A stretch of 63,989 nucleotides of DNA, counting the filler, from Basidioascus undulatus (lineage: Eukaryota): assembly GCA_000826855.1 (NCBI GenBank). It is 5 parts of 5 records of this genome, joined end to end, with 100 filler letters (N's around TTAATTAATTAA, not from the genome) between each part and the next. Parts side by side here need not be neighbours in the genome. Positions count along the whole stretch, not along the records: positions 26,117 to 39,038 come from JTLS01000861.1; positions 39,139 to 52,047 come from JTLS01000862.1; 3 more parts are not named here. One strand, given 5' to 3'. Every line of letters begins with the position of its first letter. Position 1 is the first letter of the stretch. The position numbers were made by a program, and so were the translations under genes. Below, in pieces: positions 26,017 to 39,526 of the stretch. Under the pieces are notes generated by a model. The model made no database searches. It had not been told where the DNA came from and was given only the letters and a program-made list of their open reading frames with translations.

Positions 26017-26116
26017 NNNNNNNNNNNNNNNNNNNNNNNNNNNNNNNNNNNNNNNNNNNNTTAATTAATTAANNNNNNNNNNNNNNNNNNNNNNNNNNNN
26101 NNNNNNNNNNNNNNNN
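26017..26116. other. Artificial contig spacer
   Basis: N44-TTAATTAATTAA-N44. Confidence 0.98.
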
Positions 26117-27252
26117 GCTGCCGGACGCGGAGGAGGAGCTCTGAGAGGGCGCGGGGACGCCCGCGCCGACGCCCGCCCATCCACTGCCCCAGCCGCCGTA
26201 CCCGCCGTGCGGCGGGCCCACAGGCGGTGAATGCGGCGGCGACGGCCCGCCTCCGCTGCTTGTTGGCGCGCCGCCGTAGTCCGGGTAGCTCATCCCGTAG
26301 TTCTCCCACTGTTCGTACCCCGATAGGGGGCGGTGCGTCCCCTGCGACGTGATCTCGTCTGCCTCGTCGCGCGTCATGGGGAGCGCCGGCGCGCGCCCCT
26401 GCCGCATCATCGGCCCCGCCATCTGCGGGCCGGGCGTGTGCCGCGCGGAGGACGAGTCATAAGGGAAGGGCGTGGGCTCAAGGTCGAGCGCTGCACCCGA
26501 GGACGAGCGGTGCCCCCGGTCGGGAGAGAAGATCCCGTCGTCCAGGTCCGCCCGGCGTTTGTTCAGTCGCCGCTTCCAGAGGAGCAGCGCGACGACCGCG
26601 ATCGCTATGACCGCTACGCCGCCGACCTGGAATGCGAAAGCGCCATCCCACACCCCCGCATCAGCACGGCCCCCCGGCTAAGAAAATGAGCAGTAGAATG
26701 CACCACGCCGCCCGCGATAGCACCAACATTGGTATCGCTCCCACCCCCCCTACCCCCGTTGCCCGAGCTCCCCCCCACGCCGGTACCCTGCGTCGCGGTG
26801 ATGGTGACAACGGAGTTGTTGATGGTCTGGGTGGTGACATCGATGTCCTGTGGCACCAATTCCCTTACACTTCAGCAACTGCCTGAATACGCACTGTGCC
26901 CACAAAAGCGCCCTACGTAGGACGTGGATGTTTCGCGCTCGTCAGAGGAAGACGAAGGCGAGGATTTGGAGCTCGAAGACGAGGAGGACGAGCTACTTTC
27001 GTCTGTCGAAGTCGAGCTGGGGTGGGAGCTGGTGCTGGTGCTCGTCGGCGTACTCGAAGTTTCCTCAGGCATGCTAGACGTGCTGGTAGTCTCCTCCGTG
27101 CTCGAGCTCGAGCTCGTCGAAGTCGGGGACGGGCTCGACGTGCTCCGGCCGCTGCTGCTCGTCGGGGAAGACGACGAGCTGCCGCCGGTCGCCGAGGTGA
27201 CCGACGCCGAGGAGAGCGACGCCGAGACACTCGTGCCCGTTACGGACGACAT
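26117..27252 (-). CDS. Ser/Thr-rich single-pass membrane protein (Mid2-like cell-surface protein), 3'-truncated
   Basis: Ser/Thr-rich N-terminus, then TNVGAIAGGV/VGGVAVIAIAVVALLLWKRR (transmembrane helix plus basic stop-transfer), then a cytosolic tail with EPTPFPY. The frame runs off the contig end. Confidence 0.75.
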
Positions 27253-28000
27253 GGCGCGTGGATGGAGCTGGCGGTGGCGATAGCTGAGGAAGAGATGGAT
27301 GAACAGAAAGAGCGAAGGAGTGGGTGATGAGATGATGGCAAGAACGAAGATCAGGTCCGCAGGGGGGCGAGGGGCGCCCGACTGTCAGCCGTCGCGGCCG
27401 CCGAACTGACAGGCTCTGACTGCGCAGACGGAGTGAGTTTGAGCTGTTTTGCCAGTGTTTTGCCTCATACATACTGGTCAACAGGCAACAAAATCCGAGA
27501 GAAGGGTCATGGAGTTCAATTTGGATTACTCGACAGCGGGGGGTACCGCCCTGGACCCATGTATCCTCGGTTCGGAACTGTGCGCTGCAAGCGAACCATT
27601 GCATTCTCCGTTAAAAGGCTCCTGCCTCGCAAAGCTGTCCATTAGAATATATATATTCTCACCAAAAACTCGAGAATAAGGCCACTCGGAAGCAAGCTGG
27701 CAGCCTTCCTATCAGGCTGCTGATACAAAGCAACGGGGCATCAACGTGCTCTTCTGCCTGAACTTCGTGGATACCTTTTAGAAAGAACGGATCTCAAGTG
27801 TTCCATCTACCATGTTGCACGAACTCAAAAAGACGTCACTACTTATCCAGCTGCCGGCGAACTACCGAAACAGCACGCTGCACACTTGCAGCTCGCAGCC
27901 TCGGTCGTCGAGCTGGCAGATTCGACCACCCCAAGCTCAGTCTTCAGTAAGGCAAGCAAGTCTATAAAGTTCAATGCCCATTCCGCAAATATAAAACCTC

Positions 28001-31000
28001 CTACTTCCTCCTGTTCTTCTCCGTGAACTGCGCCTCGCTCCCAGTGTCGTGATACGCAGCGGTGTGGTGCCTCTGTGCGGACGTCGTCTTCGGCGTCTCC
28101 TCGTCCTCCACGCCGTTAGCAGCGCCGGTGTTGGTCGAGGCGTACTTGGACTTGCGGCGGATAGTCTCGCCCTTGAAGTACAAGATGAAGCTGGGAGAGC
28201 GGGAAGGCGGCGATGAGCGAGGACGTGTGTGCGGGCCTCGCTGAGGCCTGGGGGACGTACGGGAGAGGTGCCAGGGCCATCGCGATGAGCGCTAACATCG
28301 TACATCCATATTGATACCCCAATACGTTAAACACTGGTAAGCAAAAACCAGTCAGAAATTGGTAGGGTTCAGAAATGAGTAGGGGACGAGGCAAAGGGGT
28401 CGGAAGACGCACTGTAGGTCGCGAAGAGCGGCTGGCGGTCGCGGGAGCCTTAGTAAGCGATATTTGTTATGCTTCCGTAGGGGTGTTTGGGCTTACGAAG
28501 GAAGCAGCAAAAAGGTTTCGAAGGAAACCCTGGGCAGCAACAGCTGTTCGATTGCTCACGAGCATCAGCTTGCTATCCGCTGGCGGAAGATATGGGAGCA
28601 CGTACCGCTCGAGGAGTACTCTCCGTAAGAGTCGGCGAGGTAGTTACTGTGATCGAGAATAATCATAAGTATCTAATAACAACTTAGCAAGACAAACCGA
28701 AACGGGGGGGGCAGGGTTGGCCACGGCAGAGGAGCCGCGACACCAGAACGGAGGAAGACGAACTAGACAGCCAAAAAGATGCTGTAGATTCCGAGAATGA
28801 TAGGTACTAGAGCGATGGTAGGGACTATGTAGTGGATGTCTGAGACCAAAGGAGACCGTCAGCCCCACATGAAAAAAAAGCTGCTAATCGGCATACGTAC
28901 TGCTGAACTGCGTCCAACCTGGATAAAACGGCAAATTCAGCCCTCCTCGCGCCCTCACCTCCGCGCCTCAAGAGAGCCCACGCACCGCCGAGTACAGACG
29001 TGCTTCAGGCTTCGCGACGCCGCCGTTCCGCTGCGCCGCCCTCTCGTAGAGGTAGTCCTGGTAGAAGTTGCCCACGAAGCCGATGAAAGTGCCGATGCAG
29101 AGCGCGATCTACGCGTAGCCCTGCTGGCCCTCGTTCCAGCTGTAGCTGTGGGATACCAACTGAGTCAGCTGGGAGCAGAAGACAGGAGGTCCGGAAGCTC
29201 ACTTGTTCGAGAAGACGAGCGGGATGCAGCTAAAGAAGACTGTGGGCATGTTCTATCAGGTCGGTGGTCAATTTTCTCGAGAGAACAACCAGAAATTCTA
29301 ACGGAAAATGATCCCCCACGCGAAACTGATCCACAAGAAGACGACCGGCTGTGCAGCGCAAACCAGCGAGGGTGGGGAGGGGTGAGCCACGATTCGAATC
29401 ACGTCAAAGGCAATGTTATACCTCGCGGAAGAGAAGCACTGAATAACATCAGCCACCCTGTCAGCCCAGTTCATTCTCGATTCACGTATTTCAGAACCCA
29501 GCGTACTGATGGCACGGGTGGACGAGGCGTGGAGCAGAGTCTTGAACGAGTCTGCCTCGAGCTCAGCGGGCGAGCGGAAGCGGTTGTCACCCGTTTCCTT
29601 GCGCATCCTGGAAATGTGTGAACATTCACCCTCAGTCAAATATATCATTAGGAAACCCGAGATGCAGCCACGTACTTCTTCGCGCGGCGCGTCAGCAGTA
29701 CAGCTCCGCGAGTTTCCTTGAGCAGGACTGTAAGAGCAGAACGGGTCAGCATGCGTTCGATGCCTCAGGTCAGCATATGAGCGCTACCGACAGATTTCGA
29801 CGAGGAAGAGAGCCCCGCTGGCGATGAGCTGAACCCACTCAATCTGTTATGAAAGATCAGAAGGGTGTTTCGAAGCGGATATCGATGCTCAAGCAGCGCG
29901 TACCCAGCGCCAGCCTTCGCAAAGGGTCGTCGGGACAAGTCAGCGAGGCTAGTTACAGCCAATGCAACTGGGCTTACCGATTGTCATGTCGATCCAACCA
30001 CAATACACAGGCGCGGCGATCGTTCCGAATACCTGCCCGAGGTGGACATGTCAGCGAGGTTCTTGCAATTTCACTCATTCCACAATAGAGCGCAGTAGCG
30101 TAAACTTAGAAAAGTACATAAAGCTGCCCACGAGAAAAGTGCCATCGGCGCCGAGCGCTCGTCGGTGCGCCAGATGTCGCTCAGGCTGCGAAAGACAGGT
30201 CCGCGTGAGTGTACTGAAGAGGATGGCACGCTGAAATGACCGACGTACGTGCCACCAACCAAGGTCGTTCCCGCAGCACCAAAACAGCCAGAGAAGAAGC
30301 GTCCGATGATGGCAGTCCAGATGTTCTTGGCCACTGTAGAAATGTGGTCAGAAACAAATGAGACAGCCGTCCTCGGTAGACTCACAGGCCAGTTGGATGA
30401 AAAAGAGGATGAAGGCAGCGTAGTTGATCAGGTAAATTGGGTCTGTAAATCAACAAACGATGAGTACCCAAATGCCGCAGCGATCGAAAGGAAGACGCGA
30501 GACGCACTGCGGCCGACGTATTCAGAGAGCGCTGTAGGCGTGTTTACCCCAATTCAGTCTCTGTGTTCGATTAAGCATGATTCTGCGCTCACGTACGGGC
30601 CAAAAATAGAGGAACAATCGCAAATGCAAAGTTGAAGACGAACATGCCGACTTGCCTAACAACGTTTGTAACCCCGAACTCTTCAGTCATGCTGCGAGCA
30701 TCAAGTCCTCCAGATGAGCCCTCGATTCGAAGGCTAACTGATAATGCACGCACCTTCCGATTCCAATAGAGAATGCACTCGTCGCCAATCCGATGAACAA
30801 AGTCATCAGGCAGAGAAGGATAGTCGTGGCCCATTTCCGCGCTGGCCGTGCCACACAGTCATTATCCAGGCATCATATCGTGCACGGCGTATCGCCGTGT
30901 AACGAGAGCTGGAGACTTACCGTCTGTTCCCCTCTTCCGTGTCAGTGACAAGCGAGGTGCCGTAGAACCGAGGACAGAACTCACAACTCCAGTTGTAAGG

Positions 31001-31230
31001 ATCCTCCGGATCATTCTCCTCGAAGCGGACGACGATGATCCTGTCGTTGCCGTCCGCGGTAGGTGGGGGTGTTTCGCCGACTCGAGTTTCCCCATTGCTG
31101 CTTGAAGGGGGTAGTTGCGAGAGGGGGCATAGGATGCGGTGCCGGTGTTCTCGACTTGCTCCTCCGTCCTTTCGGACGGGAAGAAGCTCGCGTTTATCGG
31201 TGTCTTCTTGAGACCGCGTGAGCTCCACAT
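28001..31230 (-). pseudogene. DHA1-family MFS drug:H+ antiporter carrying lesions
   Basis: Motifs DPEDPYNWS, GRFFSGCFGAAGTTLVGGTLSDIW, GWRW, KETRG, PEARLYS and YFKGETIRRKSKYA. In-frame TAG at 29109-29111 (GYA*IALCIG). An exon appears to be missing, with a phase mismatch, between ARLYSA and WTQFS. Start is approximate. Confidence 0.8.
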
Positions 31231-32731
31231 GCTGGACGCCGGGATAGCGGAGAGTAAACGATGAATGGTGTGAGAAAGAGAGAATGCAGAACGAAAGTCA
31301 GCAGACCGAACAGCTTACCTGAGCCTTGTAGAAGCCTGCTTGGTCTGATCGTGGGTGGCTATGTATGACGCAGCTGAGCGATCCCACCAACAGAAACTAC
31401 GCTTTTGCGGCAGATGATGAAAAGTCCGCGGAGGAAGGTGCCCAGCTTTAGGAGCCCATAGCAGGTCTTTCTGGGGTATCGTACGGATGATCAGTGAGAT
31501 TGGGAGCGAGAGATTTTGAGGCAGCGAGGTGACGAAATGTGCGCGGGGCAACGCTCGCTGAACTGCAACCTGCGCCACACACTCCCAGGCCAGACCCGGC
31601 CGCCTCATTCTCCTCTACCTAGACTTCGGTACACTCCACTTCGACCTCGGTGAATAGATTTCCCTCAGACCTCCGAGGAAAGCGTACGACGGCCTTTCTG
31701 AGCGAGGATGGCGTTGTACCGCTTGGTGGCCGCTTGTGCGCCCGACTCCCGTGCAGTGTTTTGCCAATCCACAACTGCGCGCCCACAGGGAAGCCTCAGG
31801 TCCCGGTCAGGAACGCAAGTCACTTACTGGTGCCAACTTGGCCCAGTTACAGCTTGCCTGCGACCTATAAGGCAGCATTCCCTTGCACTTGGCTGTCGGA
31901 GCGGCAATCATCAGGTCGCGGTCGTGGTGGGATGAGGGCGTTGCTGCTGTGCGTCTCCTTTTCAAATAAAAACCTTTGTCTTGGTACACCTGAGACAAAG
32001 AGTTTTTCAGGTGGTCTATCGGATGAAACTGGGGAACGATGCGTGAGTCTGCGCACTGCTACCGGCCATCGAGCAGACAGCCTTGTGCGGCTCAAGGCAA
32101 CAAGGCAACTCACCCGGTGTCTCGTCCATCGCACCCCAGGGATCCCAACCGACTGAAGCCATCCAAAATTATTACACTTTGACAAAAGGCAGTCTAGGTG
32201 TGTTCCTATAGCGCGTCCAGCCTCCTAAGATGGCTGAGACTAGTGAGATTCTGATAATCTCCCCTGGAGACATCGCTTAGCGCGACTCTTCCTTTATCTT
32301 CCTCTTTCCCATGCTCGGGAACAAATAAAAAAACTGGTTTACTGCTTTTGACCGCTTTGTACCGGTGCGGTACTGGTTCTGTCAGACTTCCAATCGAGGC
32401 ACGTTTCAAGTGAGGGATATGTCAGGAATCGAGCTGGGCAGAGGCAGACCGTGACGGGGACTACCAGCAGGACGGGTGGCAAGATATGAGATGACTGGGG
32501 CGAGGATCGGGGCAAGAGAGCAAGGACTAGAGACAGAGCAAGGACTAGGGGCAGCAGGAGCAAGACCGGATGAGGAGCAAGGCTAGCTAGGGGTGGGGCT
32601 TTTATATTGCAAAGGGGCAGAAAGGAAGAGAACAAGGCGGAAGCAGAGCGCGACGGAAACTGGTGGATTGGTATTATGCATGTTCAGTCGTAGCCTCGTG
32701 TATCGCTCATCCCCACCCCTTCCCGTCAACA

Positions 32732-34113
32732 CTAGAACTGCACTCCGCTCGAGAACTTCGCAGCCCAGATCAGAAGGTTTTCAACAGCCTCCCCACCTAC
32801 AAGCTGTGCCGCCTCCTTCTTCTGATAAAGGCAGGCCATGCAGAACTCCCAAGCCCTGTCCATCCCTCCCTGCGCTTGCCAGGCCGCGGCGATTGCATCC
32901 ACGGGCTCCGCGCGAAGCGGTCGGTCGAGGCGATGGCCCAGCTCTTCCTCCTTGAGAAGGAAGTCCCTGAATCCTTGGAGGACGTTGATTAGCGACGCAA
33001 TATCCGGGTTGAGCTCTGTTGCCTCTTCTCCGCCGAACCCCCCAGCTCGGCTGAGCTTGGCTCTGTCGGGCGAGACGGCACGGCGCCGGGCGGAAAGGCG
33101 TGCGAGGACATTCACAAGGTCAAATGCGCGAGTCCGGGCTTTAGAGTTGAATAGTCGCGTTTGTCCCTCGCGAGATGACCGCTACCGGGTTCTCCGGGGA
33201 GACGGGCAGCCCAGGGGATCGACGCAGCACCACAAGCAGTCGATGATGCCGGAAGGGTGCGTCTCGAAAGAGGAAAGCGCATGGCTCGGGCGGTGTAGGA
33301 CGAGACGCTCATCGGTGATTTCAGATCGCAAGAAAGGAAGCCTGTTCAAAGCCGTCAAGGGTAAAGAGAGGTGGACCTTCTCGTCTTAGCATACTCTTCG
33401 GGCGAAAGGGAGAACCATGGGACGCACTGGCCAATGTGCTTAAGTCCGCCTCGTTCCACGAGATCTGCCTCCCAAAAATCTCCATGCGACTGCTTTCCGA
33501 GGCGGACGTAGGTAACGCCACTCTCATCCTAGACCCCTTCGATTTTTCAGTACGGTCCGTCTCGAGCTGGGACGCGAGCTCGGATAGGGCCGTGAGCGTC
33601 TCGGACGAGTCATCCGCCAAGTCAAGACGGGTGCGAAGGAGATCCAAGCAGGCTTTGTGAAAGATAGGGACGCCCTTGTCGGGGTTCCCGTCAAGCTGAG
33701 AGCTACGTGAATTGAAGAATGTCCACGGCGTCAGGCGGTGCACAGGGCCGTCGAACACGGGCAAACTCAAACGCACCAGATCTCCATAGTCGTTCCAGCA
33801 TCCTGGCGAGGGTTCGCCTAGAAATTACGCTCGTCGACCGCGATCGACTTGAGCGCAACGAGCGTGCAGTTGTAGCGAAGCTGGTGGACGCTCGTGAGGT
33901 GCTCGATGTCGACTGGCGTGAGCTCGCTCGGCGGCAGGGGCTGCCGGGGTGCAGGAACGGGCCGTGGCAGAAAGAACAGGTGTACTGGAGTATGCTGTAT
34001 TTTTGGACAGGGTGAAAGTTTTCTGCGAGCGTGGTTGTGTGGTGGGTCTGTGAAGTTGATGATGGTCGGCGGGCAAGAGGCAGCGGCAAATTTGAAGCGG
34101 ACGGCCTCCGCAC
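32732..34113 (-). pseudogene. Degenerate hypothetical gene
   Basis: Successive protein-like segments in shifting frames (YTCSFCHGPF, VPIFHKACLDLLRTRL, AWEFCMACLY..ENLLIWAAKF) interrupted by stops; no family recognised. Confidence 0.3.
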
Positions 34114-34522
34114 CTTCGGGGATTCCTAGAAACCTGAAAATGCATGACAGCGCACAAATATTAATGAACATTGAAATTTGAATTGAAGATGTGTTCGCAT
34201 AAACCGGCTAGTGAGAGACTCTTAGTTGAGTCTGTGCTACTTTCTGGCCCAAGCTTCCATGAATGTTTGTTTGCCAACCAGCTCCGTACCTGCATGTCTG
34301 CGTATGAACGACTTCACTAACTGCTGTAACAAAGCGCACCTTGGCAGCAAGCCCTAATCCCGAAGCTCGCAAACCACTTGCACTGCACACACGCGTTGCG
34401 CACCTTCAACTCTGTAACAAATTGCCCTATGAAACAAACCGACCTGATGGTCTTGAAAGTGAGAAAATCGTAATGTCGTGCAGCCACTACAGCGAACCAA
34501 GAGCGTCCCCCCTCTCGCCGGC

Positions 34523-37500
34523 TCATCTCCTCCCGCTCCTCGTCTTCGCGCTTCCCGCTCTACCCCAGCCCTTAAACGCCATCCCCCCGCCGTCTGAATC
34601 ATCATCGTCCAGCACGACCGCGGGCGCCTTCCTCTTCCCTCTGCGCGTGGGGGCCTCCTCTTCCTCCTCGTCCTCCTCCGCCGCAGGGAGGGACGACGAC
34701 TTGACAGTCGACGTTGACGCCGCGCTCTCCTGCGTCGCCCGCTTTGTCTTCGCGTTCCCGCGCGTGCGCTTCGAAGGCGGCTTGATGACCTCCACTTCGG
34801 ACGAGGGCTCGTCGTCCTCGGACGTACCCGCCACCGTCAGCGGGCGGACCTTGCGCTTCGCGGGTGCGGCGGACGCGAGCGACGGCGCGCCGCCTTCGGT
34901 GACGGTGGTGTCGAATAGGGTCTGCGGTTGCGAATTAGATGTGCCCCCGTATGGCTTCGAGCGGTCGTCGCGGCCCCAATAGGCTGAGAGAAGTCGTAAT
35001 CTGTAAGTGGACAGGGTTGCAGAGATCCAGCCAAAATCCGCCGCATACGCACTTTGACCGACACCGAAGTCCGTAGCCGAATCGAGCACGAGCTCCGCAC
35101 ACGGCTTCCTAGCCAGCTCGACCTTCTGCTTCCCACCGTTCCACTCACGCATCATCAGCATCCACTCTCCCAGCCAGCCTAGTCGCACAACGCACCTTCT
35201 TGAACTTCTTAAAGTTCGGTCTCCCCTCCCACTCTGGCCGCGTCTCGCGCTCGCGCGGGCGGTCACGCCGCACGAGGGCGACAAACTCGACGCGCATGAA
35301 GTTGCCGCGCACGTCCTTGTCGAAGTCGTCCACGACTGCGTAGTCGGGTTCCTGCACCTCGGGCTGCGGAAGTGCCCAGTTGACTTGGATTCAGCATGCG
35401 ATGCGAGGTAGAGAATGAGGACAAGGAGGAAGAGGAGGCCGCGGGCAGCTTACGTCGTCGGCATTCACGAGCTTGTTCCCGCCGCCCTTGTAGACGGGGC
35501 GGGAGATGCGGAGCTTGTTGAAGTCCTGTCCGACGGTATCAATGGCATCAGCATCAGCACCTTCCTCAGTCCCGACGTGCGCGTGCTTCAGCCTCCAAGC
35601 AGCAAACGCACCTTATCGAACTCATCCAGCTTCTTCCGCCCCTTCGCAACAGCCTGCAAGAACTGAGGCTGCTCGTCGGTCCCCTCAACCGCCGCGCCCT
35701 TGCCCCTCCCCTTCCTCGTCCCCTCCCCCACCGCCGCGCGCTTCCTCTCCTTCGGGCGCTCCTCCTCCTCTTCCCCACCCCCGTCCTCCTCTTCCTCCTG
35801 ACGGACGATCCTCTTCGGCGGGCGCCTCACCAGCGCCGCGGCCGCCTCCGCTCTCTCCCTCCCCCCCCGCACCCGCTCCGCCTCCGCCCGCTGCCGCTCC
35901 AGCTCCTTCCTAAACCGCTTCTCCAGAAAGTCCTCATCGCCCTCCTCCCCCTCCGGAACAGGCTCGAGCCCCTGGGACTGGGACTGAGATTGCGAGAGCC
36001 GCTGCGAGCCTGATGCGGTGGCGGCCGCGAGGAGCTTGTCGAAGTCCCAGTCTGCGACGTCGTTGCCCATCCCCATCGACGAGGCCATGCTCTGCAGCTT
36101 CGCTCGCTCGGACTCGGCCTCCTCTTTGTACTTCTTCGTTGCCGGCTCGGGCTCGTCCGGCGCTGCGCTAATGTACGAGCGATCGGCGGGCCCGGCGGCG
36201 GCGGCTGCCGCGGCGACAGGCACACGGCGCTTGAGACGCGCGTGCGTGCCGGTGGTACGGCGCTGCGAAAGGCCGGTATGGATCAGCCGGGTGTCCTATT
36301 GAGAATGAAAGAAAGTACGCACTGTAGGCGGAGGCTCGTTCACCTGCATGTCTGAGCCCGGAGCCTGAGCCGCGGCGGCGGGCGGCTCAGCGCGAGCGGC
36401 AGACGACTGGGACGGCCCGACGCCGAGCTGCTCCGTATCGCTGAGGATGCTGCCGGCGCGTTGCGTGCCGACGCGGCGTTTCAGGACCTGTCAAGTACAG
36501 CAACGACCAGTGAGCGTCGCGTTTTCCCTCGTCAGTATAGGGACCAACGAGTTCCTCACCCTCTTCCTCGGCGCAGTGTTCTGCGACGACTCCCTGCCCG
36601 ACGCGCTATTCGCGTGCGTGTCGGGCACAAAGTCGCTCGCTGCAGATGCAGGCGCCTTGCGTTGAGAAGGAGCTGCATCCGACCCCCTCTCAATCAGCGT
36701 CCATCTCCACCTACTCCAAGAGCAGGGAAAGACTCACTCAGTTCCGGAACGTCCATGTCCATCGCCGCCTGGCTCGGCTGGCTCGGCTGCTGCTGGCTCA
36801 GCTGGCTCGCAGGTTCCACCTCGGGCGGGACGTGTTCCTGGAGCGCGCGCTGCTCGTCGACCCAGAAGAGGCCGGTGTAAGGGCGGTACTCGCCTGTGTA
36901 CTTGATGCTGAGTCTGCCCCCCGCCCATCTCAGCCTCCTCTCCTTCTCACGCCCTCGCAGACTTACTCTTTAGCCATCCCCTCCGCGAGCTCGTTCCACT
37001 CCTCCTTCGTCCCCTGCAAGCTCAGTCGGTCGCCCACGTCGGACGGGACGACGGCGACGATGGTGGCGTCCGAGGGGTTGCCCATCGTCTCCTTCTCCGC
37101 GTCGATGAGCGCCCGCGCTTGGGAGAAGATCTCGCGCTTGTTGTCCGGCCCGAGCGCCTCGACGTCGACCTCGACTGTCCGCGCGCGCGTCCGGTCCATA
37201 ATCGTCGTCATCCGGGAGCCTTGCTGTTGGCGCAGCCCAACCTCAGCACCAGAAAAGGAGAAAGAGTTCGAGGAACGCACGGAGTCGGTCAGAGCCACAA
37301 ACACCCACCCCTTAAACATCTCCGCCCGCTCGGGCTTGACCTTCCACAGCTCAACGTTCTGCACCGCCGTGTCCTCCGCCTCCTCCGCAAACTCGGGCAT
37401 CCACTCCACGACGTCCACGGGCGGGGGCTCCCAAGGCCCGAACGCGAGGGACTCGGCGTCCCCGCGCAGAAGGGACAGCCGGCGCGCGAGCTCGTCGAGC

Positions 37501-38408
37501 CACCGCGGGTGCACGATCGGCTTGATTGCGGCGAGGGCGTGGTAGACTGGGGAGGGGTGAGGGATGATGAGGGGGATGAAAAGTGGGGATGAAAGGAGAG
37601 GTGAGGTGAGACGCACCCCGCGAGACGTGCTTCCGCTTCAGGCAGACGAGGTGCGTGTTCTCCTCCGCCCACTCCTTCCGCGTCGCCTTGAGCCCGAGCT
37701 TCCCGAGCTTCTGCGCCTGCCGCTCAAATGCGACGCGCCCGTCCGGCAGGTTGGGCATGATGGGCTCCCAGGTGATCCTGCCCCCTCCCTCTCCACACCT
37801 CAGCCCCGCCTTCTTTCCACCTCAGAAAGAAGCCCACTCACATCAACTCCCGCTTCTTTTCCTGGTGCGAGAGCGGGATGATGTCCCCCTCGCGGAGCTC
37901 GCCCTCGGAGCTCATCTCAAACTCGATTGTCTTGTACCCGTGCCCGTACCGGTCCGCGCCCTGGGACGCCCCCAGTGCCGCGGACGCCTGGGAGGGGAGG
38001 ATGACGTCCGCCTTGGGCCCGTCTGACTCGGACGTGCGCGGGCGGAGGACAGGCAGCTTTTTCTTGAGCGTCTGGAGCGTGAGGGTGGGCTTGGCGGCGG
38101 GGTCGCCCTATGAGTGGAAGAGGGTTTGGCTTGGGTGATGAAGGCTGGGACGATAGGAGGGAGGGAGCGTACGACAGCAGAGATGTCCGCCTCGCCTACA
38201 GTAATGTACGCGTGCTCGCGCGAGACGTTGGAGAGGTTGATGTTGAGGTCCGCAAGCTTGCGGCCGAGGCGGTACTTCTGCTCGGGGACGAGGGCGCGTT
38301 TGGAGGCTGTGAATGAGATAGACGAGTAAGATTTATATTGGAATGTTTGGTTTACATATCGTACGAACGCTGCTTGTCCTCGTCAAAGATGCCGGTGATG
38401 AACCACAT
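34523..38408 (-). CDS. NBS1: Nibrin / Nbs1 (MRN complex)
   Basis: N-terminal MWFITG and FHA domain (YRLGRK..NVSREHAYITV), BRCT-like region (HALAAIKPIVHPRWLDEL), Mre11-binding motif RPNFKKFKK near 35200, and an acidic C-terminal patch. Confidence 0.88.
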
Positions 38409-39038
38409 GGCGGCGAGGCGGATGCAGCCGGACGACGGTTCGAGGGCGAAGGTGGAGCGGGTGTGCTCCCGTGAAGGAGATACTGGATTGACGCGCTGTA
38501 GCGTCGAAAGGTTGATTGTGAAATGGAGTTTGAAGTGTAGGGATAGCTTGTCAGCGCAAAGGCAACGAGGTTGTGTCGAAGCGCAACGGTGAGCGTCGAG
38601 TCGAGCGTGGACGCGGCGAGCACGCGACGGCTGCGCTGCGTTCCCATTTCGGACTTGGAATTCATCGCACATCGAAAGATGTCGCAGTGTCCAGCCTGCA
38701 TGCTGCACTTAGGCTTTCTTCCATATATCTAGTTGTTGCGTAGTATGTTGCATTAACTGCTACATATGTTTTTGTATCTTAACTTCTTCATGTACAATTT
38801 GACGCACTTGAGCGCGAAGTTGAAACAGCAAAAGACGGCGCCGGCGTTACACTCCCGGACGATCCGCGGATCAAGAGTCACTGTCGCAGGAGAAGTCGCG
38901 AGTCACCGCCGCCGTTGACCTTTGACCAGTCGATGCCTGTCCGCCCGCTGAGGCCTATAGCGCACACTTTCGCTCACACTCTCAGCAGACCGATTTCCCG
39001 CCCACAACCTTGCCACCATATCTTCAGCCCCTCACTAA

Positions 39039-39138
39039 NNNNNNNNNNNNNNNNNNNNNNNNNNNNNNNNNNNNNNNNNNNNTTAATTAATTAANNNNNN
39101 NNNNNNNNNNNNNNNNNNNNNNNNNNNNNNNNNNNNNN
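39039..39138. other. Artificial contig spacer
   Basis: N44-TTAATTAATTAA-N44. Confidence 0.98.
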
Positions 39139-39526
39139 TGGGAGAGCTGCAGGAAGGGGGGACTAACCATGAGGGTGGGGCTGCGTAGACCGTTCCGGTT
39201 CTGGCTTGCTTTCGCACCGGACTGTACACGGTAATATATGCCCTCATTCGAATGTGTATTTCTGAACATCATAAGGGTACTTTTCAGCGCGCATCGAAGG
39301 CGAAGTGCGACACGACGCCAGATACGTCTTCTTGATCGACGCGCGGAAAGCCAGGAACGGCGCACGTTGCTGCGCTGACGGAAGACGGACGCCGGGCGAT
39401 AACGACTCCGCACGTTCTTCTGCCTCTTGTCACCTTCTTTCCATCATCCTCACTGCTCCTTCCACACACAAACGCCTTCCTTCATCCTCCCCATCGCCAC
39501 CACCAGCTACTTCCAACCTCCGACCG

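Noticed and set aside
18016..29111. Stop-codon reassignment (TAA/TAG as Tyr or Gln) suggested by in-frame stops in the dehydrogenase and MFS genes
   Set aside because: VPS25, the AGC kinase, the eIF2-alpha exon and the carrier end normally at TAG/TAA, and both affected genes carry additional lesions.
32500..32600. GAGCAAGGACTAG repeats resembling a small array
   Set aside because: Only two or three short degenerate copies with irregular spacing in a eukaryotic context; not CRISPR.
21429..38408. LIG4 and NBS1 as a double-strand break repair gene cluster
   Set aside because: They lie on different contigs joined only by size-sorted concatenation.
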